Part shown: piece after piece, positions 1-10,277 of the stretch | How positions within the stretch are numbered: position 1 is the stretch's first letter | Layout: every line of letters begins with the position of its first letter | Assembly: GCA_964541225.1 (NCBI GenBank) | Contig: CAZIPN010000001.1 | Span: 39,863-103,862, forward strand | Direction of reading: 5' to 3' | Length of the DNA: 64,000 nucleotides | DNA from: an uncultured Eubacteriales bacterium | GTDB lineage: Bacteria; Actinomycetota; Coriobacteriia; Anaerosomatales; JAAXUF01 | Made by a program: the position numbers and the translations under genes | The notes under the pieces: model-generated | What the model was told of the DNA's origin: nothing | Databases searched by the model: none | The model's input: the letters and a program-made list of their open reading frames with translations, nothing else

Positions 1-1
1 G

Positions 2-793
2 TCACACGACATGTATTTCTGGGGCTACACCCTGGGAAGCGAACTCATGTGGGCTCTGTTTCCTTTGGCCGCTGCGGTTGCCGCTGCGGGCGTATGGGTG
101 ATGGCCGCCAAGCGAGAGCCCGGAGACCGCTTCGTACTCACATTCGTCGTGCTCTACCTCGGCTACTACATTGGCTTCCACAAGCACTCCTACTATCTGC
201 TCCCCCTCCTGCCATTCTTGGCGCTGACTATCGCCAGAGCATGCACGGGCGCGTTCTCCGAGAAGGACGCCGCCCCGGCAGTCCGAGTAGCACGCATCGC
301 AGTCGTGTCGGTCCTACTTGCGGCGATGACACTCGGCAGCGTCGTGACGATGACGGGCCAGAAGTGGGGACGCTGGTCGCCAATGGAGCTCCAGATACGG
401 CCTGATCCCGGCTACCAGAGCGTGCATCTCTACTACAATTCATGGCTCGACGGCATGTACTCGTCGCTGAAATGGGCGGTGAACCCTCAGTATTCGCCGA
501 CGCTCGCGACCGCAGAGCAGTTCAATGCAGCTCCAGCGGAACCTGGGGTTGAGAAGCTCTATCTTGTGCCTCGCCTGTTCGGACCGAATGGACAACGACT
601 GCCGGCGCGCGAAGACCTCACCGAATCCCGAGTGAGAATCGTCTTGTTCGGCTTCGCTATCGGGCAGAGGTGGGACTTCTCGACCCGGACTCAGGTCTTC
701 ACCAACGAACCATGGACTGCCGAGAAGGTCGGAGCTCCGTGGCAATTCGGCATGCAATCCATGCGGGTGGTCAAGGACTACTCCCTGTATTGA
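2..793 (+). CDS. Integral membrane protein, 3' part of a gene running off the left edge; possibly the C-terminal part of a GT-C (ArnT/PMT-like) glycosyltransferase
   Basis: The frame is open to the window edge. N-terminal hydrophobic helices (LFPLAAAVAAAGVWVMA, LLPLLPFLALTIARA, VVSVLLAAMTLGSVV) are followed by a soluble domain. The family assignment is only a guess. Confidence 0.4.
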   Translation, partial: SHDMYFWGYTLGSELMWALFPLAAAVAAAGVWVMAAKREPGDRFVLTFVVLYLGYYIGFHKHSYYLLPLLPFLALTIARACTGAFSEKDAAPAVRVARIAVVSVLLAAMTLGSVVTMTGQKWGRWSPMELQIRPDPGYQSVHLYYNSWLDGMYSSLKWAVNPQYSPTLATAEQFNAAPAEPGVEKLYLVPRLFGPNGQRLPAREDLTESRVRIVLFGFAIGQRWDFSTRTQVFTNEPWTAEKVGAPWQFGMQSMRVVKDYSLY

Positions 794-811
794 CGAGCGC
801 TCGAAGAGACC

Positions 812-830
812 GTCTGCTGCGGAAGCAGAC
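812..830. terminator. Hairpin between convergent genes (GTCTGCT-gcgga-AGCAGAC)
   Basis: A 7-bp perfect stem with a 5-nt loop lies between the stop of the + strand membrane gene (793) and the stop of the sigma factor gene (850). There is no U-tract. Confidence 0.4.
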
Positions 831-849
831 CTCGCCACCTGGCCAGCGC

Positions 850-1506
850 TCAGGAGGCCCGGCAGAGCAGAACTTGCGACTCGGCCTTGCGTTTGGCGCG
901 TTGCAAGGCGTTGTCCACCGTCTTCGTGTGGCAGCCGAGACGCTCGGCGATTTCCCGGTACGAGCGGCCATCGCAATGAAGCGCGAGCACTTTGGACTCG
1001 AGGCTCGACATTGACTCGGCCATCCCAGAGCGAATGAAGTCACTCTCCCACGCGGCCACGACCATCTCAGCGGGATCGACAATGCCTCGCTCGGCCAGGA
1101 CGTCGGCCATCGACTGATGACTCGCCTCGTCATCGGGCGCTGGGGAGAGCGAGACATATCCGTTGAGCGGCGCGTGCTTGCGGCGTGTGGCCGCCTTGAC
1201 CGCGGTGATCATCTGCCGAGTCACGCACATGTCGGCGAACGACCGGAAGCTGGCTTGCCGAGAGAAATCGTAGTCTCGAATCGCCTTGAACAAGCCAATA
1301 AGACCCTCTTGGACGATGTCCTCCCGATCGGCACCGGCCAGATAGTACGAGCGGGCCTTCCAGCTGATCATCCCGCGGTACCTGCGGCAGATTTCCGCAG
1401 ACGCGGCCTCATCCCCGCCCTTGGCGGCCGCCACGAGCACACGCTCCCCATCCCCCAGACCTGCCGGACGCATGCGCCGTGCTGCTGTCCCGCGTTGTTG
1501 TGACAT
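850..1506 (-). CDS. sigH: RNA polymerase sigma-70 family factor, SigH-like
   Basis: The region 2 motif is DREDIVQEGLIGLFKAIRDYD and there is a C-terminal HTH (SYREIAERLGCHTKTVDNALQRAKRK). It occupies the same position as B. subtilis sigH, downstream of rlmB-yacP. Confidence 0.7.
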   Translation of the reverse strand: MSQQRGTAARRMRPAGLGDGERVLVAAAKGGDEAASAEICRRYRGMISWKARSYYLAGADREDIVQEGLIGLFKAIRDYDFSRQASFRSFADMCVTRQMITAVKAATRRKHAPLNGYVSLSPAPDDEASHQSMADVLAERGIVDPAEMVVAAWESDFIRSGMAESMSSLESKVLALHCDGRSYREIAERLGCHTKTVDNALQRAKRKAESQVLLCRAS

Positions 1507-1700
1507 CGGTGAGACTTTCGGTATCAGGTGCCCATGATCCGCTCGAGGCAGAATCGCACGCCGCGAAAGGACTGCAGGGCTACAACATCGTCATGTCCTG
1601 ACGATAGGTCCGCCCTTGTCGCGTGTCAACGAAAACATCACTATGTTTCCGTGGTTTCTTCCAAACGGCGGTTTGCGCGAGGCCCTCGAATGACGTTGCG

Positions 1701-2207
1701 CTACTCGAGTCCTCGAGCCCAGCGCCACAAACGCTCCTTCGTCTCGGTCGCGATGCGATCCTCGAGACGTCCTTTGGTCTCCCCCACGGGTGCATGCTCT
1801 TCCCACTCGCGACTACCCGCCTCAAGCTCACCGTGAAACTCCGCGGATGACATCCGCGAGACCGTGCCGCCGAGCACCGTCCACTGAGTCTGTGCATCGG
1901 AGGTCACCACCGTGACCTGCTCACCACGCTCTCGCGCGCCATGCGCGAGCTTCTCGATGACCGTGTCGGCGTCTACTCCAAACCGGGAGAAGACCACCGT
2001 CACGCCGTCGACGTCATGCGGTGACCCCGTCGACAGCACGTTGTTGTGCCCATCAAAGACGATCGTGGCGGCCCACTCGCCGTGAGCAAACGCCGACACG
2101 TCGGAAACGAGGGCTGCGCGCGCAGCGTCGAGGTCCTCCTCGGCCAGCACGCTGTAGGACGCTGTCTGCTTGATCACGTTGTAGCCGTCAACGACAAGCG
2201 CGCGCAC
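1701..2207 (-). CDS. yacP: NYN/YacP-like (Rae1-type) ribonuclease domain protein
   Basis: Sequence runs VRALVVDGYNVIK...IVFDGH...VVFS...DADTVIEKL...VVTSD. I trimmed the tracked 234-aa ORF to the GTG at 2207, 3 nt after the rlmB stop. The longer ORF overlaps rlmB. Confidence 0.7.
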   Translation of the reverse strand: MRALVVDGYNVIKQTASYSVLAEEDLDAARAALVSDVSAFAHGEWAATIVFDGHNNVLSTGSPHDVDGVTVVFSRFGVDADTVIEKLAHGARERGEQVTVVTSDAQTQWTVLGGTVSRMSSAEFHGELEAGSREWEEHAPVGETKGRLEDRIATETKERLWRWARGLE

Positions 2208-2209
2208 GA

Positions 2210-2947
2210 CTATTCGCCGCCCGATCCGCGACGAAGCCACTCGTAAGCGATCGCCGTTGTCGCTTGAGCGACGTTCAGCGAGCCGATCTTGCCGACCTGC
2301 GGAAGCCTCGCGAGGAAGTCGCACGTCTCGCGCGTGAGCCGCGCCAGCCCTTCGCCTTCCGAGCCAACCACGAGCACAATCCGCCCGTCGAGCGGTGCAT
2401 CCCACACCGACTGGTTCGCGTGCTCTGAGGCACCTGCGATCCAGAAGCCGGCTTTCTTGCAGCGCTCGAGCGCGCGAACCACATTGGGTTCTTGGGCGAG
2501 CGCCACATGGGCGAGCGCGCCGGCTGACGCCTTGTAGGCAGCGGGAGTCACAGCTGCCGCGCGGCGTTTGGCGACGATCACTCCGTCGGCACCAACGACC
2601 TCGGCAGTTCTCACGATCGCGCCGAGATTTCCGGGGTCGGTAACGTGGTCAAGCGCGATGATGAGCGAGCGTTCTTTCGCCGCTGCGCGGGCCAACACAT
2701 CATCTAGGGATGCGTATGCGTACGGCGCGGCCTCAGCAAGCACGCCCTGGTGCGAGCCGCGCTCACTCTTGGCGTCGAGCTCACGCCTGCCAACGCGCTC
2801 CACCGCGACTCCAGCATCGGCCGCGCGGCGCTCGATTTCGTCGAGAGCGCGGTCGGGCTTGGTCCCGTGGGCCACGAGCACCCGCCGCACGGGGACTCCC
2901 GCCCGAAGCGCTTCGATCACTGCGTTGCGGCCCTCGACAATCTGCAC
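2210..2947 (-). CDS. rlmB: 23S rRNA (guanosine-2'-O)-methyltransferase, SpoU/TrmH family (RlmB)
   Basis: N-terminal L30e-like EGRNAVIEAL, and SpoU motifs LDHVTDPGNLGAIVRTA, LVVGSEGEGL, IPQVGKIGSLNVAQA. Confidence 0.85.
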   Translation of the reverse strand: MQIVEGRNAVIEALRAGVPVRRVLVAHGTKPDRALDEIERRAADAGVAVERVGRRELDAKSERGSHQGVLAEAAPYAYASLDDVLARAAAKERSLIIALDHVTDPGNLGAIVRTAEVVGADGVIVAKRRAAAVTPAAYKASAGALAHVALAQEPNVVRALERCKKAGFWIAGASEHANQSVWDAPLDGRIVLVVGSEGEGLARLTRETCDFLARLPQVGKIGSLNVAQATTAIAYEWLRRGSGGE

Positions 2948-2961
2948 GTCTCGACCCGCCG

Positions 2962-4446
2962 CTACCGGTTGTAGACGACGCGCGCACCTTGCGGCGTGTC
3001 TTCAATCTGAAAGCCGAGTCGGGTCAGTCCGTCGCGCACGACATCGGCGAGCTCCCAGTTCTTCTCAGCACGCGCAACTGAACGCGTCTTGAGGAGCGCA
3101 TCGACTGCGGCCTGCGCGTCGGCACCGTTATAGCCCGCAACGCTCTTCGCCAGCTCGAAGACGGCCGGCGGGTACGTCGCCTTCTCGTTCTCGCCAATCT
3201 GGACGCCGAGCACCCCCAGGAGGTCAATCACGACATCTTCGGCATGACACAACACCTGGCGATCCTCCTCGCATAGATCCATCTGGTGCTCGGCAAGGAA
3301 GGTGTTGGCCGCACGCGCGAGTTCGAAGACGGAAGCAAGCGCTCCCGCTGTGTTGAAGTCATCGTCCATGTCGGCGTCGAACTTCTTCTGCGTCGCCGAG
3401 ATGGACGACCGCAATCCGTCCAGTGCGTCCGCAGAAACCCCAAGCCCGCATACGGCCAGGTCGCGGGCCCACCGCAGATTGCGGACGAGGTTCGCCAGAC
3501 GCGCGAAGGCGTGCGTGGTCTCTTCAAGTCGCGAATCTGAGAAGTCGAGAGAGCTGCGGTAGTGAGTCTGCAGCATCAGCAGCCGGACGACGTTCTTGTC
3601 GTAGGACGCGAGCACATCTTTGAGGAGCAAGAAATTGCCGAGCGACTTGCTCATCTTCTCCTGGTTGATCTGCAGCATGCCGCCGTGCAGCCAATAGCGC
3701 GCGAACTGCTTGCCGGTCGCGGCCTCGGACTGGGCGATCTCGTTCTCGTGGTGCGGAAAGATCAGGTCGCTTCCACCGCCGTGGATGTCGAACGGCAGCC
3801 CCAGTTCCATCTCCGACATCGCCGAGCACTCGATATGCCACCCAGGCCGTCCTTCACCCCACGGACTGGGCCAGTGCGGCTCCCCCGGTTTCGCCGCCTT
3901 CCAGAGCGCGAAGTCCAGTGGATCGCGCTTGCGGTCGTCGGCTTCCACGCGTGCTTGCGTGTGCATCTCGTCGATATCTCGGCCGGAGAGCTTGCCGTAC
4001 TCGGGAAAGCTGCGTACCGAGAAGTACACGTCGCCGTCGACCACGTACGCGTGATTGGTGGAGACGAGACGCTCGATCAGGTCGATCATCTCCGGGATCG
4101 TCTCCGTGGCCTTCGGACGAACCGTCGGATCCTCAACACCCAGTTCGTGCATCTGAGCGATGAACGCTGTCGTGTACTCCTTCGCAACCTCGGAGGCGGA
4201 GCGCCCCTCTTCGTTTGCGCGATTGATGATCTTGTCGTCCACGTCGGTCACGTTCTGGACGAACGTGACCTCATAGCCCCGGTGCACAAGGTAGCGCCGT
4301 ATGACATCAAAAGAGAGGAACGTCCGTGCGTTGCCAATGTGGATGAAGTTGTAGACTGTTGGCCCGCACACGTACATCGCCACTTTGCCCGGTTCGCGTG
4401 GTGCGAACTCCTCTTTCGACCGGCTCAACGTGTTGTAGACGCGCAT
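2962..4446 (-). CDS. cysS: Cysteinyl-tRNA synthetase
   Basis: MRVYNTLSR..., a HIGH-type motif (FIHIGNARTF) and KMSKS. The start was trimmed to the ATG at 4446, since the tracked ORF has a 19-aa improbable extension. Confidence 0.95.
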   Translation of the reverse strand: MRVYNTLSRSKEEFAPREPGKVAMYVCGPTVYNFIHIGNARTFLSFDVIRRYLVHRGYEVTFVQNVTDVDDKIINRANEEGRSASEVAKEYTTAFIAQMHELGVEDPTVRPKATETIPEMIDLIERLVSTNHAYVVDGDVYFSVRSFPEYGKLSGRDIDEMHTQARVEADDRKRDPLDFALWKAAKPGEPHWPSPWGEGRPGWHIECSAMSEMELGLPFDIHGGGSDLIFPHHENEIAQSEAATGKQFARYWLHGGMLQINQEKMSKSLGNFLLLKDVLASYDKNVVRLLMLQTHYRSSLDFSDSRLEETTHAFARLANLVRNLRWARDLAVCGLGVSADALDGLRSSISATQKKFDADMDDDFNTAGALASVFELARAANTFLAEHQMDLCEEDRQVLCHAEDVVIDLLGVLGVQIGENEKATYPPAVFELAKSVAGYNGADAQAAVDALLKTRSVARAEKNWELADVVRDGLTRLGFQIEDTPQGARVVYNR

Positions 4447-4515
4447 GCGTATCCTCCGATGCAGCGCGCGGGCGCTACACAATGGTCGATGGAGCGCCCT
4501 CAAGCGCCGCCGAGT

Positions 4516-5268
4516 CTATACCTGCCAGCGCCCGTCTTCAAAGTCCAGCGACAACGAGCCATCCTCGGCCTCAGTGATCGACTCTGGTGCCTCTTCTTCG
4601 GGCGGGAGCGCGCCGCCCGGACAACACTCTTCGATGCGGTCTATCCGACGCTGCAAGGCCCGGAACATCTGCACGACCGGATCAGGCAGGTCCTCATGGT
4701 GCAGATCGATCACATCAACGCGACTTCCCTCTTGTCGTACCACGCGCCCAGGCACGCCCACAACCGTGCAATGCGGCGGGACATCATTGATGACCACTGC
4801 GCCGCCACCAACCCTGCTGCCATGGCCGATCGTGATGTTGCCGAGAACCGTCGCACCCACGCCGACGACCACACAATCTTGAAGCGTGGGGTGGCGCTTG
4901 CCGTGCTCCTTGCCAGTGCCCCCCAATGTGACCCCCTGATAGAGAGTGACATCGTCACCGATCACCGTGGTCTCGCCAACAACGACTCCCATGCCGTGGT
5001 CGATGAAGAAACGGCGGCCAATGGTCGCCCCGGGGTGGATCTCAATGCCCGTGAAGAAGCGAGCGTTCTGAGAACCCCATCGCGCAAGTCCGTGGCGGCC
5101 GTGCGACCACAGCCAATGGTTGATTCGATGAGCCCACAACGCGTGGATTCCCGGGTAGTTGAACAGAACGCTGACCGCGGACGTGGCTGCAGGGTCACGA
5201 TCCTTCACGCTCCTGATATCTTCGCGCAGTCGGTCGAACATCGCACCGCCCGGTGTAGATCCGGTCAT
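4516..5268 (-). CDS. cysE: Serine O-acetyltransferase
   Basis: Hexapeptide-repeat region [44 protein letters not shown], with the typical CysE N-terminus DPAA...YPG.HA. Confidence 0.9.
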   Translation of the reverse strand: MTGSTPGGAMFDRLREDIRSVKDRDPAATSAVSVLFNYPGIHALWAHRINHWLWSHGRHGLARWGSQNARFFTGIEIHPGATIGRRFFIDHGMGVVVGETTVIGDDVTLYQGVTLGGTGKEHGKRHPTLQDCVVVGVGATVLGNITIGHGSRVGGGAVVINDVPPHCTVVGVPGRVVRQEGSRVDVIDLHHEDLPDPVVQMFRALQRRIDRIEECCPGGALPPEEEAPESITEAEDGSLSLDFEDGRWQV

Positions 5269-5316
5269 CCGTGCTGGTCCCTCGGCAGATCGTGCTGAAC
5301 CAGTCTAGCAGTGCAC

Positions 5317-5808
5317 TCACGCGTCGTGGGTCGGCCACATCCGTTCCATGAGCACCACTGCCTGCGCCCCGACGCCCTCTCGGCGACCTTCAAAACCCAG
5401 GCCTTCGGTAGTGGTGGCCTTGAGCCCGACGCACTCAACGTCGACATCGAGTGCCCGCGCCATGTTCTCGCGCATGCGATCGCGATAGGGCGAGATCGTG
5501 GGCTGCTCGAGAACGAGCACGCAGTCCGCGTCAACAACGCGCCATCCCTGATCTGTGGCAAGCCTCCCGACCCGAGCAAGCAGATCCATCGAATTCGCGC
5601 CGAGGAACTGCGGATCCGTGTCGGGAAACAGCTTGCCGATGTCACCAGCTCTCAGTGCGCCGAGTACCGCGTCGGCCAGAGCATGCGCCAACACGTCGGC
5701 GTCCGAATGGCCGAGCAACCCTCGGTCGTGATCGACCTCGACACCCCCGAGGATCAACCTGCGGCCCTCGGCGAATGCGTGCACGTCGTACCCGAGCCCG
5801 ATCCGCAT
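5317..5808 (-). CDS. ispF: 2-C-methyl-D-erythritol 2,4-cyclodiphosphate synthase
   Basis: MRIGLGYDVHAF...GHSDADVLAHALADAVLGA...DIG..FP. Confidence 0.95.
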   Translation of the reverse strand: MRIGLGYDVHAFAEGRRLILGGVEVDHDRGLLGHSDADVLAHALADAVLGALRAGDIGKLFPDTDPQFLGANSMDLLARVGRLATDQGWRVVDADCVLVLEQPTISPYRDRMRENMARALDVDVECVGLKATTTEGLGFEGRREGVGAQAVVLMERMWPTHDA

Positions 5809-5810
5809 GG

Positions 5811-6524
5811 CTACGGCTCCCTACTCTCCCGATACCTTAGCGCCGCCTCCACGAAGAGCAGGTCTTCGGCGACGGTCACCTTGATGTTATCCCGCGGACC
5901 CAGAAAGGCGGCGACTACGCCGCCATTGCGCTCCACAAGTGACGCGTCATCAGTCCCCGCCCACCCGCTCGCCGCTGCCGCAGAATATGCCGCGCGCAAC
6001 ACATCTGGCGCAAAGACTTGGGGGGTCTGTACGGTCCAGAATCGCGAACGGTCTGGCGTTTCGACAACTACGCCGCCATCGACGATCTTGAGCGTGTCAA
6101 TTGCGGGATGGCCAACGAACAAGCCGTCGGCGCGACTAGCTCGAAAGGCCGCCAGCGCCTCGCTGACGAGTTCCGGGGTCACGAGCGGACGCGCGCCATC
6201 GTGCACGAGCACGACGTCGATGTCATCAGGCAGGGTCTCCAGCCCGCTTGCCACCGATTCCTGCCGAGTGTTGCCACTTGCCGCGAAGCGCACAGCCGTG
6301 ACTGGATCGATGGGCTTCACCGCCTGCTCGGCAAACTCATCTGCCCGATTCGGATCGCAAACGATCACGACGAGGTCGATGGCAGGCACCCTATCGAAAG
6401 CAGCAAGCGCCCAGGACAGCACCGGCTTGCCATGCACCGGTGCAAGCTGTTTTCCGCCCGGTCGCCCAAGACGCTCGCCAGTTCCGCCGGCGACGATGAT
6501 GACAGCAGCGCGCGTCGGACTCAC
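5811..6524 (-). CDS. ispD: 2-C-methyl-D-erythritol 4-phosphate cytidylyltransferase
   Basis: AVIIVAGGTGERLG...KQL motif, VLVHDGARPLV, and it is adjacent to ispF. Confidence 0.9.
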   Translation of the reverse strand: MSPTRAAVIIVAGGTGERLGRPGGKQLAPVHGKPVLSWALAAFDRVPAIDLVVIVCDPNRADEFAEQAVKPIDPVTAVRFAASGNTRQESVASGLETLPDDIDVVLVHDGARPLVTPELVSEALAAFRASRADGLFVGHPAIDTLKIVDGGVVVETPDRSRFWTVQTPQVFAPDVLRAAYSAAAASGWAGTDDASLVERNGGVVAAFLGPRDNIKVTVAEDLLFVEAALRYRESREP

Positions 6525-7639
6525 GCCGTCGCACTCGCAGCTATGCTCTCGGTTGCAACGCGAGCGAACACCATGCGGCCAGCGGACGTCTGTAGCACGC
6601 TCGTGACCTCCACCTCAGTCTCAGAACCGACGTTTCTACGGCCGCCCTGAACGACGACCATCGTTCCGTCGTCTAGGTAGCCAACGCCTTGTTCGGCTTC
6701 CTTGCCGGGCTTGACGATCTTGAGATGAATCGATTCGCCTGGCAAGAAGTTCGGCCTGAGTGCCCCTGCCGCATCGTTGAGATTGAGCACGTCGATGCCA
6801 CGCACACGAGCCACCTTGGCTAGATTGTAGTCGACGGTCACCATCATGCTCTTCGAGTCTGCCGAGAGGCGTAGGAGCTTGTCGTCAACTGCGGCAGTGT
6901 CGTCGTAGTCAGCTTCAAAGACCGTGACCCGCTCGTCGTCGGGAAGCGACGCCAGCAAGTCGAGCCCTCGGCGTCCCCGAGCTCGACGGGTGTCGTCGCC
7001 AGAGTCGGCCAGTGTCTGCAGTTCGGCAAGGACGAAGCGCGGCACCCGCAGCTCACCCGGCATGAAGCCGAGCTTGTGCAGGTCCACGAAACGTCCGTCG
7101 ATTACCGCGCTCGTGTCAAGCAGCAGCGAGCGCTCCTCGGCAGCTGCGAGTTCTGTCGGAGCCAGCCGAGGAAACGCAGCAGCGAAATCTCGGCGTTTGA
7201 GCAGGGCGATATTCACGCACACGTAGACGCTCACGACCATAAGAAGAGCGGTCGTTGCCAGCGACAACCACTGTGGAGTGATGAGCCTCAAAGGCTGGGA
7301 CGCGAGGAGTGCGACAAGCAATCCAACAACGAGTCCGCTTGTTCCCAGAATGAGATCGGCGGGTGCAGTTGCGTGAATCGATTGCTCGGCGCGCTGCCAC
7401 TGAATAGTCAACTCTCGGCCGATGATTCCGCCGAACACGTACCCTATGGAGCCCCCGAGAATGATTAGAAGGAAGATGACGTAGTACTGGGGAACACCAA
7501 GGTCGCTTTCCCAGTCGACCAGTCGCGTGACCGCGTACCCTCCCAGGAGACCGCCCGTTACAAACGAAAACCGGGTGATGGCCTGGATCATGATGACCGG
7601 CAGTGCGGCTGCGCAAAGCCGCGCGCCCTCACCTCCCAC
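6521..7639 (-). CDS. yacL: PIN/TRAM domain membrane protein (YacL-like)
   Basis: Four N-terminal TM helices, a PIN-like core (LLLDTSAVIDGR) and a C-terminal TRAM-like beta domain. Its position between disA and ispD matches Bacillus. The start is uncertain: GTG 7639 or ATG 7591. Confidence 0.7.
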   Translation of the reverse strand: MGGEGARLCAAALPVIMIQAITRFSFVTGGLLGGYAVTRLVDWESDLGVPQYYVIFLLIILGGSIGYVFGGIIGRELTIQWQRAEQSIHATAPADLILGTSGLVVGLLVALLASQPLRLITPQWLSLATTALLMVVSVYVCVNIALLKRRDFAAAFPRLAPTELAAAEERSLLLDTSAVIDGRFVDLHKLGFMPGELRVPRFVLAELQTLADSGDDTRRARGRRGLDLLASLPDDERVTVFEADYDDTAAVDDKLLRLSADSKSMMVTVDYNLAKVARVRGIDVLNLNDAAGALRPNFLPGESIHLKIVKPGKEAEQGVGYLDDGTMVVVQGGRRNVGSETEVEVTSVLQTSAGRMVFARVATESIAASATA

Positions 7640-7749
7640 CTACTGTTCTGGGCTCTCGCCAAGCTCGCGAACCGCCCGATGCCAACACAGGGTTTATCGG
7701 CAGGAACCAGGGCTTTCTTCAGCTCAACAGATTGCGGCGCGCCCCAGCC

Positions 7750-8925
7750 CTACAGCGACGCGTGAGATCGAATCCGCGAGAGCCCGTTCACGATCGCTCG
7801 GGCGCGCCGAGTTCCCACCCCGTCAACCTCATCGAGATCGCCGACGGACGCGGCAACAAGGTTGGGAAGCGAGCCGAAACGCTCAACGATCCGGCCAACC
7901 ACGGTCGAGGGAAGCGCCGGTATTTGCGCCAAGATCCTATAGCCGCGGGTGCGCACATGATGCTCGGCGCGATCGGAAGCGGCGAGTCCGAGCTCGTGCG
8001 CAACGGCATCTGCCTCGAGGAGCCGCTCGAGGGGCAGATCCCGCAGACGCGACATTACCGTCAGGCAGAAGCGAGGTGAGGGATCGGCAGCATAGTCTCG
8101 AATCAGCAACTGATACTGATCGTTGACGTTGGCCGACAGCTCATCGGCCTGCATCTGCACGAGGCGCCCCTCCGTACCCAGTTGAACGATGTAGCGGTCA
8201 ACTTCCGCCGCAACCCGCCGAACCATTTCGAAGCGGCCTATGGCTGCAGCGATGTCGCCGAGCGTGACAATGTCGTCGAACTCGAGATGCGTCAGGTGAT
8301 CGAGTACCTCGTCGAGACGAACCCGGTAGTTCTGCAACGTTGAGAGCGCTTGATTCGCCTTGGTGAGCACGACCTCCGTGTTCTCAAGCGTCAGACGGCG
8401 ACCGCGAAGATACAGGCTCACGACTTCTCTTCGCTGAGAGACCGAAATGACCAGGGCCTTAGTCTGCCGACTCACGCGCTCGGCCGTACGATGCCGCATC
8501 CCCGTCTCGGACGTGGGCAATGAGGCATCAGGAACGAGGTGCACGTTCGCACGCAGTATGCGCTCAACATCCTGGTCAAGGATGATGGCGCCGTCCATCT
8601 TCGCGAGTTCGAAGAGCCGCTGCGGGGTGAACGGCGTATCGATGTGGAAGCCGCCATTGCACAGATCGTTCATGGCCGCCTCATCACCGATAACGACAAG
8701 TGCTCCGGTGCCCGCCGCAAGGATCATGTCAAGACCTTCGCGCAGGCGCATGCCGGGCGCGACCTTCCTCAGTTCTTCTCGAAGCAGTTCCCTCGTCCGT
8801 TGGTCCACCAAGGGGACTCCTGTCTGATCGGCGGGGGCGTCAGGTTGATTTTGCCACGACCTGGCGTCAACGATAAGCCGGTTCTCGGTCTTGAGCGGCA
8901 CGAGAGGAGCCGCAGGCGTGTTCAT
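7750..8925 (-). CDS. disA: DNA integrity scanning protein DisA (diadenylate cyclase)
   Basis: DAC domain (GALVVIGD...DGAIILD...TGMRHRTAERV) and a C-terminal HhH (VDGVGTRRARAI). The ATG overlaps the radA stop (ATGA). Confidence 0.9.
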   Translation of the reverse strand: MNTPAAPLVPLKTENRLIVDARSWQNQPDAPADQTGVPLVDQRTRELLREELRKVAPGMRLREGLDMILAAGTGALVVIGDEAAMNDLCNGGFHIDTPFTPQRLFELAKMDGAIILDQDVERILRANVHLVPDASLPTSETGMRHRTAERVSRQTKALVISVSQRREVVSLYLRGRRLTLENTEVVLTKANQALSTLQNYRVRLDEVLDHLTHLEFDDIVTLGDIAAAIGRFEMVRRVAAEVDRYIVQLGTEGRLVQMQADELSANVNDQYQLLIRDYAADPSPRFCLTVMSRLRDLPLERLLEADAVAHELGLAASDRAEHHVRTRGYRILAQIPALPSTVVGRIVERFGSLPNLVAASVGDLDEVDGVGTRRARAIVNGLSRIRSHASL

Positions 8926-10271
8926 TGCAGAGTCTCCAAAGCGTCGGCCACGGTCGCAACGGACGTAAGTGCGTGAGCCTCTGAGGGATCCAGCGAGGCT
9001 GGCGCTCGGCCCACCACCCTCTTCATTCCCAGCCGAGCCGCTTCACGCAACCGAGCAGTCGCCTGTGCAACCGGACGAACCTGGCCCGTCAGTCCGAGCT
9101 CGCCAAAGACCGCAACATCGGGGGCCAGCGGCCGATCCGACAGCGCAGACGCCAGAGCCGCCGCCAGCGGAAGATCGACGGCTGGCTCGGCCACGCGCAG
9201 TCCTCCAGCGACTGACACGTACACGTCATGTGTGGCGAATGACAGCCTCGCGCGTCGCTCGAGCACGGCGAGCACCTGAAGCAGCCGCGACGTCTCGATC
9301 CCGTTCGCAAGCCGACGCGGTGCAGGCAGATTGCTGGGCGCGACGAGCGCTTGGATTTCGACCAGGAGCGGACGTGTTCCTTCCATCGCGGCCATCACGG
9401 CAGAGCCAGTCACGCCATCCGCGCGCTCCGCGAGAAGCATCGCACTCGGGGACCCGACCCCCACAAGCCCACGCTCTCCCATCTCGAATATCCCGATCTC
9501 GCTGGCCGAACCGAAGCGGTTCTTCACGGCTCGGACGATCCGAAATGCATGGTCCCGGTCGCCTTCGAAGTACAGCACCGCATCCACCATGTGCTCGAGG
9601 ACACGCGGACCCGCGATGGCGCCATCCTTGGTCACGTGGCCAACGAGCAGTGTCGTGACACCAAGATCCTTAGCAAGTCGCATCAGCCGTGCAGTGCACG
9701 CGCGTACCTGCCCGACGCTTCCGGGCGCACCCGTGAGTTCGGCGTCGAATGCGGTCTGAATCGAGTCGACGACAAGCACATGTGGCGTGTGTTCGCGAAC
9801 GGCCGCCTCGACGGCTCCAATCTCGAGTTCCGGCAGGAGGGCGACCCTGCCGGATGCTGTCCCGAGCCGCTTCGCGCGCAACCCAACCTGTTGTGGCGAC
9901 TCCTCGCCACACACGTACAGCACGTCCGCGCCCGAAGCTCCGAGTGCGTCGGCCGCCTGCAGAAGCAGTGTTGACTTCCCGATACCGGGCTCACCACCAA
10001 GCAGCACGAGGGAGCCGCCGACAAGCCCACCGCCGAGAACCCGGTCCAGCTCATCGATCCCAACGGGTGTGCGCTGAGCTGCCGCATCGCCTACAGCGTC
10101 TAGCCTGATCATCTCGGCAGGCAAGAAAGGAGCCTGCCGACGTGCGCCGACAGGCTGCTCGATCTCTTCAACGAGGCTTCCGAATTCGCCACACTCGCTA
10201 CATCGGCCCATCCAGCGCGGAGCCGCCGCGCCGCATGTTTGACATCGCCAGACGCTGTGCGCCTTCGCCAT
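8922..10271 (-). CDS. radA: DNA repair protein RadA/Sms
   Basis: Zinc ribbon CQTCGAAAPRWMGRCSECG, Walker A GEPGIGKSTLLLQ, KNRFG motif and a Lon-like C-terminus. Confidence 0.95.
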   Translation of the reverse strand: MAKAHSVWRCQTCGAAAPRWMGRCSECGEFGSLVEEIEQPVGARRQAPFLPAEMIRLDAVGDAAAQRTPVGIDELDRVLGGGLVGGSLVLLGGEPGIGKSTLLLQAADALGASGADVLYVCGEESPQQVGLRAKRLGTASGRVALLPELEIGAVEAAVREHTPHVLVVDSIQTAFDAELTGAPGSVGQVRACTARLMRLAKDLGVTTLLVGHVTKDGAIAGPRVLEHMVDAVLYFEGDRDHAFRIVRAVKNRFGSASEIGIFEMGERGLVGVGSPSAMLLAERADGVTGSAVMAAMEGTRPLLVEIQALVAPSNLPAPRRLANGIETSRLLQVLAVLERRARLSFATHDVYVSVAGGLRVAEPAVDLPLAAALASALSDRPLAPDVAVFGELGLTGQVRPVAQATARLREAARLGMKRVVGRAPASLDPSEAHALTSVATVADALETLQ

Positions 10272-10277
10272 CCTCGA

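Noticed and set aside
3562-5298. Long + strand ORF (578 aa) antisense to cysS/cysE. Similar long shadow ORFs occur at 5311-6606, 12935-14089, 43743-45251, 52086-53246, 53247-54353, 55238-56536, 57960-59339 and 59947-61791.
   Set aside because: They lie opposite genes with unmistakable conserved motifs. Their translations are Arg/Ala/Pro-rich low-information sequence typical of antisense frames in GC-rich DNA, and they have no RBS or recognisable domain.
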